64,000 nt of DNA from Octopus bimaculoides (Eukaryota), in contig NC_068987.1 of NCBI RefSeq assembly GCF_001194135.2, positions 76,076,848-76,140,847 of the forward strand, in the 5' to 3' direction. A program made the position numbers and the translations under genes. Each line of letters starts with the position of its first letter. Position 1 is the first letter of the stretch. Shown one piece after another: positions 13,571 through 26,920 of the stretch. The notes beneath the pieces were generated by a model, which saw nothing but the letters and a program-made list of their open reading frames with translations, had not been told where the DNA came from and ran no database searches.

Positions 13571-14557
13571 TTTCCCAATAACCTGCAGCTCTGACTGTAA
13601 GACAAGTACTAAAAATAGCCACTCGAAAGACTGGTAGACATTTCTAATTGAAGAACATCTCATTTCATGTAACTGAAGTGTCGCTCTCGAGGGATTTCTT
13701 GAGAGCAATGACGTTTACTGTTCATATATGCAAGTATGTATTTACGATGGGTTGTTGAAAAGTTCCTGGCGTTAAGGGCATCACAAATGGCTTAGCATCA
13801 CAAAAGGACCGCTGTGATAAGTGTGTATATATAAGTGTGTATGCATGTATATATGAATGTATGCGTGCATGTATGCATGATTGTGTATGTGCATTATTGA
13901 TGAGGTATGGGATCTGCGATAATGATTTGTTCAGTATTTGAGGATGAAATTTCGCTGTGATCTCCGCGAAACAATGCGCTATGGGATTCTTATAATCAAT
14001 CACTCACATCACTTTATCTCTCTCACACATACTCTCTCATTCAATCACAGAAGCAGACTCCCCTTCTCTAGTTATCCTTTTCACATTCTCGCATACCATG
14101 TATGTATATATATATATATATATATAATATTAGGGATAAAATCCCAAATTACAGGTAAAAACTCAATTAAAATCAAAATTATGTAACCTTGGTTCTTTTC
14201 CCTAAAACTATATATATATANNNNNNNNNNNNNNNNNNNNNNNNNNNNNNNNNNNNNNNNNNNNNNNNNNNNNNNNNNNNNNNNNNNNNNNNNNNNNNNN
14301 NNNNNNNNNNNNNNNNNNNNNNNNNNNNNNNNNNNNNNNNNNNNNNNNNNNNNNNNNNNNNNNNNNNNNNNNNNNNNNNNNNNNNNNNNNNNNNNNNNNN
14401 NNNNNNNNNNNNNNNNNNNNNNNNNNNNNNNNNNNNNNNNNNNNNNNNNNNNNNNNNNNNNNNNNNNNNNNNNNNNNNNNNNNNNNNNNNNNNNNNNNNN
14501 NNNNNNNNNNNNNNNNNNNNNNNNNNNNNNNNNNNNNNNNNNNNNNNNNNNNNNNNN

Positions 14558-14588
<31 letters not shown>

Positions 14589-14606
14589 ATATATACACAT
14601 ACATGC

Positions 14607-14675
<69 letters not shown>

Positions 14676-14953
14676 CATATCTATATGCATATATATGTAT
14701 ATGTATATATGTGTGTGTGTGTATGTATATATATATATATACACACATATACATATATAGATATACACACACACATATGTCTAATATAAAGCATATGTAT
14801 GTATGTATGTATGTATGTGTGAATGTAATACAAGCTTAAAGCACTCACGTACAGTACTAGAAGTTTCCTGACAGTCACAAAATATGAAGTATCTGATTTC
14901 CAGTTAGTAATCAAAGCAAGTTCACATATGTATGTGTATATATGTATCTACAT

Positions 14954-15019
<66 letters not shown>

Positions 15020-15436
15020 GTATGCTGTGCAAAAGCCCAAACGCTTAATAAACGCACACAATCCCGGCATTATGTAATATACACCCAGTTATTTAGACTA
15101 ACGAAGGTCTCACTACTTAGTCGTTCGACTTGAAATATCAGCCAAATCTTACTCAAATTTCATTTCAACCCCTGTAAAATGGAATGAATATACAGCATAA
15201 TGTTGGGCAATCATCTTTTCTAATTTGAAGGAAATTTTTCGACTACTTTAGCAAATCCTGCGACCGCATTCTGGCTTATCCATTGGCTCCAAAGTAGCTC
15301 ACCTTGCCCTGAAAACTACTTTTGAGGGTAAGGTAAGCTACGTCAGTTCGTGTTGTTTATAACTGCTTTGTATATTTGTCTTCGCCGACAAAGCTCACTT
15401 TGTCTATATGTCACTCTCTGTGTACGTTTTTGTCTG

Positions 15437-15470
<34 letters not shown>

Positions 15471-15728
15471 CTTCTCGGTCTATCTCTTCCTCACTGGCTC
15501 CCTCTCTCACTCTCTTGAATTTCTCTCAACACATGGCTATGATGCTCCCCCACTACTTCTGCTCGTGGTCAGAGATGGACATATCGTCAGCTACTAAGGG
15601 ACATGCTCAACTGGTTAAAATCAAAATATTGACAAGCAAATCTGTGGGATTGAGCAGAATATTTGCTGTAGCCCATTTTTTATACCAAGACAAAACAATG
15701 TAGAGTTAAGATCAGGAGCCATGAGAGC

Positions 15729-15962
<234 letters not shown>

Positions 15963-18150
15963 ACTACTATTATTATCATTTCTCGTTGGGGCTGATCGAT
16001 CTCAGTGCTTCGATTCTTAAAATGTTTTGTTTTGCACAGGGAGATTACGGTGGGAGGCCGTATTCAAGGTGTGACTTAGCAAAGACAAAGAAACAGATTA
16101 TAGTACCAGGATTTCCCCACTGAAACCTTCTAAGGATCCATGAACACATTCTGCTGGTCATAGCAACTTTATTTTCGACGTGTGTCCAGCATTTACCACT
16201 AAATCTCTCATGTCATTTGAATCTACGAGCTCCCCCAAGGGATGGTAATATGGTTGGCAAGACTACGAAGACACTGACATTTTCTTTGTAAATAGAGAAA
16301 AAATATATAGTCTACTTAATTGTATAGTGATCCTACAGTTAATATCATTTTATGGATTCTTGTATGATATACATACATACATGTATGCATGCATACACAC
16401 ACATTTAAACGTACATAAATGCAGCCATTATACGTCTATTTTTATAGATAAGTACAAAGATAGATACAAAAGATAAGATTAGAAACCATCAGGCATTCTT
16501 TTCTCTGAGCCAACCCATTATATTTATAAGTTTAGCTGAACGAAATTGGAGGCTCCTCCAGCCCATCTCACTTAGAAACTCTGGTGCCACCCTTCCCTTA
16601 ACCCTTGTATACATCCACCCTTGCTCACATGCTTGCAAACAGCTCATTGCTCCCATAGCATATGGCAAACAGTGTTGAGTACTTCAATTGAATAGCAAGA
16701 GCCTAGAAGACGAAGTGTCACGGTCACAAAGCGACAGCTTGGAATTTCGTCTATGTTCCCAGAACAAAGGTGTGCTTTACGCACTTTCTTCTATCTTCAG
16801 CATTGGTTGGATATGCGTGTATATGTGTATATGTGTACATGTGTATATGTGTATATATCTGCCTCACTTCGTGTGTGCGCATGATCGTGTATATATATAT
16901 ATATGTTTGTTTAAACGGGATGGGTGTTGTATGTGTGATTGCACGTGCGGGTGTTTTTTTTTATGAAAGTAAGCAGGGTAGAGTGAAAAAGAGGAAAAGA
17001 AAGAAAGAATGAAAGAGAGAAAGGAAAAAAGGAAGAAAGAACGAAAGTATAAATGAAGGAAAGAGAGGGAGAAGGAGAGGAGTAATAATATGTAGTTATC
17101 GTAAACAATATTGTCGGTACACGTTTTTGATCTAGCTTCACGTGTGTATGTGTATGTATATGTATGTGTGTTTGACTCTGTATATGTGTTTATGTATCAG
17201 TGTGTATTTGCGTGTATAAGTGTTGCTTTGTGTGTATATGTGTTTATATGTCAGTTTGTGTTTGTATGAAATGTGTTTGTACGTATGTGTTTATGTGTCA
17301 AATTTCTGTTGTTTATGTATGCATGTATATATTATGTATGTATGTATGTATGTATGTATGAATGAATGTATGTATGAATGTATGTATGTATTATATATGT
17401 ATGTATTATATGTGTTTGCATGCATATATATATGTTCCTACCGTGACAATTTGTATTATATGTATGTCTGTACATATTATATTCATGTATCAATGTCTGT
17501 TCTATGTCTGTGTGCATATGTTGACTAACAATAAAGAAGTGATGCTGAGCCAGTGCGCGTGTTATTATCTTTGACGTAATGACCCTCCCAAAGCACTTGA
17601 TTTGTCTCAACATACGAATTCACATCAAGAATCTCTCAAACCAAATACAAAAACGAAGTATGTGTACATAGCGTGTATATAGATGTATATGTGTTACATA
17701 CGTGTGTATATTCTTCTATTAATGAGTGTTAAAATGAGGGAGTTTGCACAAGCCTGTGTTTATATTTGTGTGTGTTTATTTGCGTACGCGTTTATATTAA
17801 TGTATGTATGCGTGTGTGTGGGTGCATTTTTCTTTGCATAGATGTGTTTTTTTTTTTATATGAGTGGTTTTGTGTGAGCGTGTGCCCTTGATTTCGTGTG
17901 TGCATTTTTTTGCATGAGTGTATGCTTTGATATATGTGTATGTGCATGTGTGTGTGTCTATGCCTGCGTGTTTATATGTATGTGTTGCATATGTATATAT
18001 GTACTTCTCTGTATGTGGTTATCTTTTTGTTAACACATACATACACACATAAAAATATATGCATGTATGTACGTATGTATGTATGTATGCATGTATGTAT
18101 GTATGGATGCATGTAAGTGTATATATACATACATGTTTGTATGTATACAC

Positions 18151-18211
<61 letters not shown>

Positions 18212-18594
18212 CACGCATGTGTGATCTTCTCTGTGGGTGGGTGTTATAGTACTAGAGGTTATGTGGAGAATTTTGGATAGTCACCAACTTGATCGGTGAT
18301 TCTGTAAGCGTTTTCTCCTTTTCATCTGCACGTGTGAACATAGGAATTTGTGTGTGAGCATATGCATATCCAAGTGGAAGGAGATGGAATGTGTTTCATA
18401 TACATCTGCCTATTTATTTGCACGTTGAGCATCTCACAGAACACATATTTATAACAATAAACATTTACATATAAAACTACCCCCTTACATAAACATGAGT
18501 AACACACGGACATTATATATATATAATGTATATATGTATGTACATATATATATATGTGCATACATGCATGCATTTATATAAATGCATATATATA

Positions 18595-18804
18595 CGTTTT
18601 ACTCTTTTACTTGTTTCAGTCATTTGACAGCGGCCATGCTGGAGCACCGCATTTAGTCGAGCAAATCGACCCCAGGACTTATTCTTTGTAAGCCTAGTAC
18701 TTATTCTATCGGTCTCTTTTGCGGGGACGTAAACACACCAGCATCGGTTGTCAAGCGATGTTGGGAGTACAAACACAGACACACAAACACATACACACAC
18801 ACAT

Positions 18805-18859
<55 letters not shown>
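18595..18859 (-). mobile_element. SINE family A, 3' half plus internal (CA)n running into a gap
   Basis: Reverse complement of ...ggcggtgctccagcatggccgctgtcaaatgactgaaacaagtaaaagagtaaa. Confidence 0.92.
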
Positions 18860-19074
18860 NNNNNNNNNNNNNNNNNNNNNNNNNNNNNNNNNNNNNNNNN
18901 NNNNNNNNNNNNNNNNNNNNNNNNNNNNNNNNNNNNNNNNNNNNNNNNNNNNNNNNNNNNNNNNNNNNNNNNNNNNNNNNNNNNNNNNNNNNNNNNNNNN
19001 NNNNNNNNNNNNNNNNNNNNNNNNNNNNNNNNNNNNNNNNNNNNNNNNNNNNNNNNNNNNNNNNNNNNNNNNNN

Positions 19075-19113
<39 letters not shown>

Positions 19114-19613
19114 TAGAGGGATCTTCATTAGGCCTTGAGCCCAACAATGATACTTCATGCATGGAGTACATATTAAATTTTATTAAACTTCAGCAATATT
19201 TTTCAAGCAATGAATAATTTTTATCAAAGCAATGATATAATTTGTCGACTTGGAACTTATTGCGAAGCTGCATGATAAACAACACAACCACCACCATCAT
19301 CACCACATCTGCCATATACAAATCATGCAGACTTCTGACGCCACCACCATCAATACCTTTGACTTCGCTGCCTTCCCCTCTATCACCATCACCACTGTCC
19401 TTCACATTGCTTACTCTCACTTCATCCCTCACCCCCTCGGCTACCAGCACCACCACCATCATCACTGCCGCCTCCGCCCCTATCGCAACTACACCTCATG
19501 CTATTACTATCACCCCATTACCATCACGAAAAGGCTAAATGTGTGTGTTCGTCCAGTACGTTACTTCAGACTGTTAGTTCAGTAGTCAGCCACTCTTACC
19601 CTCTCACACCTAC

Positions 19614-19644
<31 letters not shown>

Positions 19645-19781
19645 TTGTCTTCGCCACCACCCTCACCGTCTTTATGCCTACTATTACTCTCACCCCAACA
19701 TGAACAATAGTAGGAGTGTAAATGAATAGTTAGAGAGGGGGTCGAAGTGTGACTCACTGATACACAGAAATTATTTTTCGC

Positions 19782-19811
<30 letters not shown>

Positions 19812-19815
<4 letters not shown>

Positions 19816-20040
19816 CCATTTTTTCCTGTCTTGGTTTGTGTTTGCCACCTTGGAATCCTCTGTGTAGTGGGTTGATCCACTACTCAGGAAGAGACTATTC
19901 TAGAGTACGTTCTGTCTTATCTTCGAAACGTCTAGATAGAATAGAGACAGCTGATGAAGGGATATTCCAAGTGGCTTTCCGTTTTCCTATGTGTTCGTTC
20001 CGTTGTCTGTAGTTTATTGTTCTAACGTCCTGTACCCTGA
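19812..20040 (+). mobile_element. Putative Penelope-like LTR remnant with two hammerhead-like motifs, next to (TA)n
   Basis: ctcagga-a-gagac...gtct..cttc-GAAA-cgtc at 19883-19932 and ctgatga-a-ggg at 19951-19960; flanked by (TA)n / TA-rich sequence. Confidence 0.5.
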
Positions 20041-20226
20041 TATGCATGTATATACACATGTAGATGTAAGTATGTACATATATGTGTGTATACATGTATA
20101 TATATTCTTTGTATTATANNNNNNNNNNNNNNNNNNNNNNNNNNNNNNNNNNNNNNNNNNNNNNNNNNNNNNNNNNNNNNNNNNNNNNNNNNNNNNNNNN
20201 NNNNNNNNNNNNNNNNNNNNNNNNNN

Positions 20227-20263
<37 letters not shown>

Positions 20264-20289
20264 ACATAGATGTATATATATGTGTGTGT

Positions 20290-20380
20290 GCGCTCTGGGG
20301 ATATAGCAGAAGACACATGTCCAAGGTGCGAAGCAGTTGGACTGAACCCGGAATCTTGTACTCAGGAAGTAAACTTCTAT
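20290..20380 (-). mobile_element. SINE family A tRNA-like head
   Basis: Reverse complement contains ccgggttcagtccaactgcttcgcaccttggacatgtgtcttctgctatatcccc. Confidence 0.75.
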
Positions 20381-21038
20381 CGATGTCAATTAGCGAAAGG
20401 TATAAATATCAGTGGTGAACCCAGTAATGAAAAAAAAAAAGACCTGCCTTACAAATGGTAATAATATTAACAGTTTCAAATTTTGGTACAAGGCCAGTGA
20501 TTTAGAAGGAGAGGAAATTCGATTACATAGACGCCAGCGCTCAACTGGTACTTTATTGTCCCAAAATCGTCTTCTACAACACAGTGTTTCACCGCTTGTC
20601 GCATTCTACCTTCATCTCTTTCGCGACGTTAAATAGTCTGGTGTCAGAATTCACATTCGCCTATACCTTCATCGACTTTCCTTATGCATCGCTTAATATA
20701 TCGGATTCAACTCATACCTATTTTTTCTTTCTTACTTCATTCGTGCTCCTTCGTTCATACACACACTAGAATTTAATTCAGCGATGTATGAGGGTCTATT
20801 GAACATAGACGACTAGGTAGAATGGAAAGTCTTATTTTGGTATTCTCTTCGGCTTTCTTCGCTGCTTAAGCCACCTTTACCTATGGTCCCTTTTTCTTTT
20901 GGGGATCAATAGATGAGGTATCAGTCTAGTACTGATGTTTCGTGTGTATGTGTGTATGTGGGGTGGGGGCGTGCGCGCGCTGTTTCATATTTGAAGAAAG
21001 AACAACTCCGCCAGGTGAAAAATGCATGACACCCTATA

Positions 21039-21600
21039 TGTCAGGATGTGACATACAGCATGTCTTGGGTACTTTTTTACGGGACCTCCCCTGACGGTAG
21101 CTGTCTCAGTAGCACGCTACTAGGCAGAGTAGCGTGTAACTTTGGAATTCTGGGACTTGTCTCTCTCTCTCTCTCTCTCTCTTTCACTGCGGCTCACAGC
21201 GAGCAAGACGTGACTTCCTCATCTCTTAATCTCATCTTGGTGAGATGCACAACCCTGAGACAAGCAACGGCAAGTAAACATTAAGCCACTATGACTTGGA
21301 TTTACTTGGTCTTCACTTGTAAATATTCTGTATAAGTTTCTCTACTTGTACATATCTGTGACCTCAAGTAAACGGTGTTCTTTCTTCGCGAAGTGATATC
21401 TTCTTTTCCAGCTTCCTGAGCGGAGCCGTTATTTAGATGGTTCTGCCACACTTGGCCACGGCACATCTAAAATTAGCAATTGAAGGCCTTTGGAAAGAAG
21501 AAAGGCGACTGAATCCTTGGAAGAAAGGAAAGAAAGGCATTCTCCAAACAAATTAAGCATTTAGCTACCCTAAACGGCAACTAGTGAAGTAACTTCAAAA
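21039..21600. mobile_element. Possible solo LTR or unclassified repeat
   Basis: More GC-rich block starting tgtcaggatgtgaca with an internal (CT)n; no TSD found. Confidence 0.2.
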
Positions 21601-21950
21601 TGCCCACAGTTATTTTATGAGAAACTTACAGCTACACTGATTGCATTCTTTCATCTTGTTGATTTCTCAGGTTACGACATATGAACAATGACAGGTGTAT
21701 TATAATTGATTGTCCTTGATAACATCACAGGCCATTACGTAGCAAATATCCAATTATAGTTTATAAAATGACAAGGGCTCAGTTATCAATCTTGAATTTC
21801 TCATGTGACAATGACAACCAGATCACTGCATGTTTTTTTGTTTTTTTTACTTATTTTTACTTATTCTATTTTCCCTGATTTTTTAATCTCACGAGTGTGG
21901 GGTTTACAACAGGAAATTAGAATTCCCCTTTAAGTGATTTGGTGTTGCTG

Positions 21951-21982
<32 letters not shown>

Positions 21983-22032
21983 GATGATTACGGCGGCGGT
22001 GGCGGTGGTAGGGCCTCGATATCGTTTTTCTT

Positions 22033-22292
22033 TTATTTGTTTTAGTCATTAGACTGCTGTCATGCTGGAGCACTATCTCGAAGGGTTTAGTCGAACAAAT
22101 CGTCTCCAGTACTTACTTTTAAGTCTGTCACTTATTCTATCATCCTCTTTTTCCTAACCGGTAAGTTACGGGGACGTGAATACACTATCACCGGTTGCTA
22201 AGCGGTGGTGGAGGACAAGCACAAAGGTACACACACACACACACGCATATGTACTGCGGGATTTCTCACTGTTTCCGCCTACCAAATTCTCA
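22033..22292 (-). mobile_element. SINE family A (decayed, head missing)
   Basis: gtcattagactgctgtcatgctggagcac ... gttacggggacgtgaatacac ... (ca)n ... gtttccgcctaccaaatt. Confidence 0.85.
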
Positions 22293-22919
22293 TGGATGTG
22301 GTAAGGTAAATATCCAAACAAATGACACTCAGATGTTTTCTTGAAACGAAATAAAATAATTTCGTGACTAAGATCTTGAAATTCTTCTAAGTCAACTTCT
22401 AATTCTAATTTTGCTAACAAAAGAAAAAAATAAAAAAATACTGAAAGATTTTATTCATTAGAATATTGAAATTACGATGTGATTTGATGTCGTTGAAACA
22501 TTAGAAACACGACATCAGAAAAATAAAACAGAATGGCCATTGCTAGAACTCTTAATCATAGGTCTAAGATTAGGTCTAGCCTGGGGTTAAAAATCTACTT
22601 TTAATATTGATGTTTAAGTAAATCTCAATAGAATGCAAGCGCAAGAATGCGAGTGGAAAATTCTTATGGAACCTAAGTCTACGGCACAGGTTCCTGCTCT
22701 AGTTCAAACTCTACATTTTGTTTATTCCTTGTACATGTGAACTATGCTTGCAGACAGTAATAATCTGTTGTGAGGATGGTTTATTTATTTCATTATTTAT
22801 TCTATACTGCAGTTTTAGAACATCCATACCGTTAGCTATAGCTTTTAACATGCCAAACCCAGGTTCACTGCAGTTCTTTATTCCTAGTAGGATTTATGCG
22901 GGTAGCGGAAGTAGAAAGA

Positions 22920-22981
<62 letters not shown>

Positions 22982-23122
22982 TCACAGCTTATTTTGCTGG
23001 GTATGCTGGAAAGTGTCAGCTGTCCACAGCCAGTAGACTAAGGTGAGACTTGTTTACTGGCCATGCTTTATGAACCCTGCGAAGAATTCTTGCAGTTCCA
23101 AGCAATGCTGATTTTTGTATAT
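22920..23122 (-). mobile_element. 5'-truncated RLE-type (R4/Dong-like) non-LTR retrotransposon 3' end in an (ATT)n array
   Basis: Minus strand 23120-23016 encodes IQKSALLGTARILRRVHKAWPVNKSHLSLLAVDS*, carrying the RLE C-terminal QK..LLGTARILR motif. Short 3'UTR, then (TAA)n at 22920-22980; (ATT/CAT)n on the other side. Confidence 0.8.
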
Positions 23123-23169
23123 TATTATTATTACCATTATCATCATCATCATCATCATCATCATTATCA

Positions 23170-23247
<78 letters not shown>
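23122..23247. repeat. Compound (ATT)n-(CAT)n-(ATT)n microsatellite
   Basis: Read directly from the sequence. Confidence 0.95.
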
Positions 23248-23249
<2 letters not shown>

Positions 23250-25109
23250 TCCGAATAATTTCGAAATGGTTGCATAGCTGGTGGTTAACTCTGGGTGTCT
23301 CAGAGAGTACCTGGCAAGCTGCAGCCGTCTTCCCTTAGTCTTTGTCAGTTGAGGAGAGAAGTCATAGAGTTGCTAAGGAGAGGAGTTATTATAGAGTTAA
23401 CTGGACACAGGGGGTCATCTTGTAGCATCAATGAAGAGATTTGGTCACAAGTTTAGTCAGAATCCAAGTTTCAAATCCCTCAATGAGAATTGTTTTTTCT
23501 TGAGTTGCCTAGAGAAGCTTGAATCCGAATATTCTTCACATCAACAAGATTCCAAAGTTACAAGTTAATTGATAAGCAAAGCCTCAACGAACATTTAATA
23601 TCGCTCTCTGTAATCGCCGCTAATGATCCGATGCAATTAAAGTCAGACACTTGCTTGAGCGGATACTTTCAACGGCCTTGTGTAGAACGAAATCAACTAT
23701 GCTGTGGACCACGTGAGCTGTAACCCGGTTCTGTTGCATTCGGTTTCTATTCTTAATATGAAATGTCATGCGATTGTAAAGCGATTCTATCGGTAAGGTT
23801 TAAATCAGTTAGTGAGATTTTATATTCGAGTTTGAAACCGCTCTCTGACAAAGTTCTCCGAAATCTTACGTAGAATAAGTGATTTAAGCATTAGCACATA
23901 AAACAATAATTTAATATAATTTGCTCCCAACGTCCCATAAAGCATAAATTTCTGTTAATCATAATGCTTTATATATGACATTAATCATGAGAAAGAGTAC
24001 GTGCAAAGTGATGCTGTAGTAGTCACGACATTGTTACTGTCACTTTGTTTTTACGTATTCATTCCATCACACCTCTAGAAACAATAATTCCGATTGTACG
24101 AATTTATTCCGTCTAATTAAGTATAGTTACAGGCGATAAATAATTAGTGTGAATTTAAGTTTTGTTTAGGTTGTCATTTGCGTCATTACAAATTAAGTGG
24201 AATAATTTGGAAAGCTGGAAACAAATTTAAGATTCATTTTCCCAATTTTTATTATAGATTTTTAAATCAATATTTGTTAAGTGGATAAGAGTAATGTCTT
24301 CAGTAATGGCTAGTACTAATTAAAAAATTAAGAACTGCGGGCAAAAGTTATTTGTTCAATGCAATGAAAAATGGACAGATAATTTGTTTTTCATAAAACA
24401 GATAGAAAGAATGTGTTACGTGTAAATATTCAGTTCCGGTATATAAGAAGTACAATTTTTCACGTCACTGTTTGATCAAGCATAAGGAACAGGAAAAACT
24501 AAAAGGGACCCTGTGTTTAGTCAAGCTCTCATTTTTAAAAGAATCTTTATGCAAGCATCAATCTTCAAAAGACATATTAATGAAAATACTTTCATAACAA
24601 GTTATGAAGTAGCGAGTTAATTAATTACATTTCAGAATGTTTCAGTCTTTTGAGCCAATTTTAAAAAAGACTTCGAGATTTACAAAATTATGAGATTCAA
24701 CCAGGAATATGCAAAAGTAATATCCTCCCCACGCACACACTTTGAAATGTTGTCAGATCACACTCCTTATTCCATACAAGAAATTGCTGCTTCATCAATC
24801 CTATTTAATATCTCTTGAGTTTCCCAATATAAGGTAGAACCGACCATTCTCATTATGATGCAAGATAAGAAGCTTCATTAACTTTAAAACATTAGGCTCT
24901 ATTGCGTCATTCACTTTTTTCAGTATGGGAACATTATAGCTATCTGTTTAATTAATGCATTACAATATTTTAATTAAAATTGTTCAGCGTGTTCGCGTTC
25001 ACACCTCTGAATTTATAAGATTAAAGATTCTTTATATTTCTCCGCTCAGTTGCGCCCTTACATGACCGTTTACACTGTACTAAAAGATTAAAGTTCCCCG
25101 TTCCTGCTC

Positions 25110-25295
25110 CATATGATCATTAGACATGCTAGAAATAGAACAGCAGCTACATCTCTTTCATATTACATTCTAATTAAAGAAAGAGGGTATTAGTTATAGC
25201 AATTAAAAAATCCATGAAAATACTGGATGGTCATGCCTGGAATACCTATGGTCGTAAGTCTGCTATATCAAGTTGAAAGTTACTTAACAACAACC
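25110..25295 (+). mobile_element. SINE family D (decayed)
   Basis: catgctagaaatagaacagcagctacatctc ... ggatggtcatgcctggaatacctatggtcgtaagtctgct is similar to 26020-26250. Confidence 0.5.
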
Positions 25296-26019
25296 CTGTC
25301 CAAATTGTTAAGGTTACTGAAAAATACCAGCTATAGAGTCGAAACTTTGCACCTCATCACTGTCGGAGTGGTGTGTTGTTGAGATTGCATCAGTTTCAGG
25401 ACACCTAGCTGAAGGATAGGTACCACAGTAAACAGTAAGTCACTGTTGTAAATTGAGTAGCTCATCTGAATTGACAAAGGAGGTATCAGGTGGTATGGAG
25501 CTCAATCCTGAACGCAAAAAATATTACTTAATATACAGTTTTGTTTTCTCTCGGAAGGGTTATATCGTTAAGTCAGGGAGAACAGACAGTACCCATGATC
25601 ATTTTTGGAGTTCCCAAAATTTCTGGAAAGAGGTTTCCCTGAAACAGGAAATATAGCCCGAATGCTTGCAATAAAATGCACTCTGTTAAAGACATTCCTG
25701 CACTAACAGGTGTTGGTTAGTCTCAAGTCAGCCTTAATGAAACCAACTTGTGATCGAAGACATTATAGCTGTAACTGCCTTCGGTGTCTTTTTCAAATTT
25801 AAGTTGGTAGTGTGTGATTTGAAGGAATATGGTTGATATTGCAAGCTGGTCCAGTGACCTCATAGGAGCTCCGTTAAATTGATCTTCTATTTTAGATGGA
25901 GATTAATTCATACGTTCAAGCAAAAGGCCATTGACCGGAGAAAACTGAGAGTTGGTCAAATCAATTCATTTCAGTATATTTGTTATATTTCTCCCTTACT
26001 AAAATCTTGAATCAATGAT

Positions 26020-26250
26020 ATACGAGCTTTCATCTTCGCGGTCACACGAGCTTGCAGAAATAGCAGCCAAATCTCCATCAAAATACATTGTCTTCTTAAA
26101 AATAGGACATATCGGACAATGAAGGTTCTCGTATTGAAGAATACCATGTGGTCATTATAGAAGAGCCTATTGATTATAGGTCTGCCGGATCAATGCTAAT
26201 CTCAGGGCTGAACACCAGCACCACTACCACCAGGAACAACAACGGTCACA
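26020..26250 (+). mobile_element. SINE family D
   Basis: gagcttgcagaaatagcagccaaatctcc ... gattataggtctgccggatcaatgctaatctcagggctgaac followed by a cac/aac tail. Confidence 0.55.
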
Positions 26251-26334
26251 AAAAAGAAAAAAACAAAAGCAACAACAAATTTATTGTCTTTTACCCATCT
26301 GAGAAACAAGGACTTGTAATATGTACACAAGATT

Positions 26335-26920
26335 AAGGCAGCGATCTGGCAGAACCATTAGCACACCGAGCAAAAAACGCTAAGCATTTTGTCCGACGTA
26401 CTGACGATTCTACCTGCTCGCCGCTATAATAATAGAAACGGTCTCGAATTTTGGCACAAGGCCAACAACTTCGGGGAGGGGTAAGTCGATTACACTGACC
26501 CCAGTAATTAACTGGTACTTAATTTATCCACCCCTCGAATGGATGAAAGATAAAGTCAACTTCGGCAGAATTTGAACTCAGAACATAAAAACTGACAAAA
26601 TGCATCTAAGCATTTTGCCCGCTGTGCTTACGATTCTGCTGGTTTCTGATTTAGATACAAGATCAGGGTTTAATCAGTACTTGACTGGTAATACATGTCA
26701 TGAACCCCGTAGGGACAAAAAGTAAGTTAACCACAGCAGCATTTGATCTCGGGATGTAAAAATGTCAGAAGTGACGCAAGGTATTTTTCTCTGGCGCTCT
26801 GACGATTCCAACAATTCACCACACTTAATAATTGTTTCTAAATTAGGTACAGAGCCAGCAGTTTCGAGGAGAGAGCATTAGTTGATACCAACAATGCCAG
26901 TACTAGGCTAGTGCTTTATT
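26335..26920 (-). mobile_element. Cluster of SINE family B copies (mostly minus strand, progressively decayed)
   Basis: Best copy at 26437-26640 (ggcacaaggcc...ctggtacttaatttatc...aaagtcaacttcggcagaatttgaactcagaac); older copies at 26645-26820 and 26825-26920; inverted head pair at 26335-26427. Confidence 0.8.

Noticed and set aside
13745-13790. tacgatgggttgttgaaaagttcctggc mariner-TIR-like sequence
   Set aside because: It is an isolated ~30 bp with no partner TIR or transposase, too little to annotate.
19100-19260. Possible PLE GIY-YIG C-terminal relic on the minus strand next to (TA)n
   Set aside because: The similarity (LLEK..IKFN) is too weak to call without alignment.
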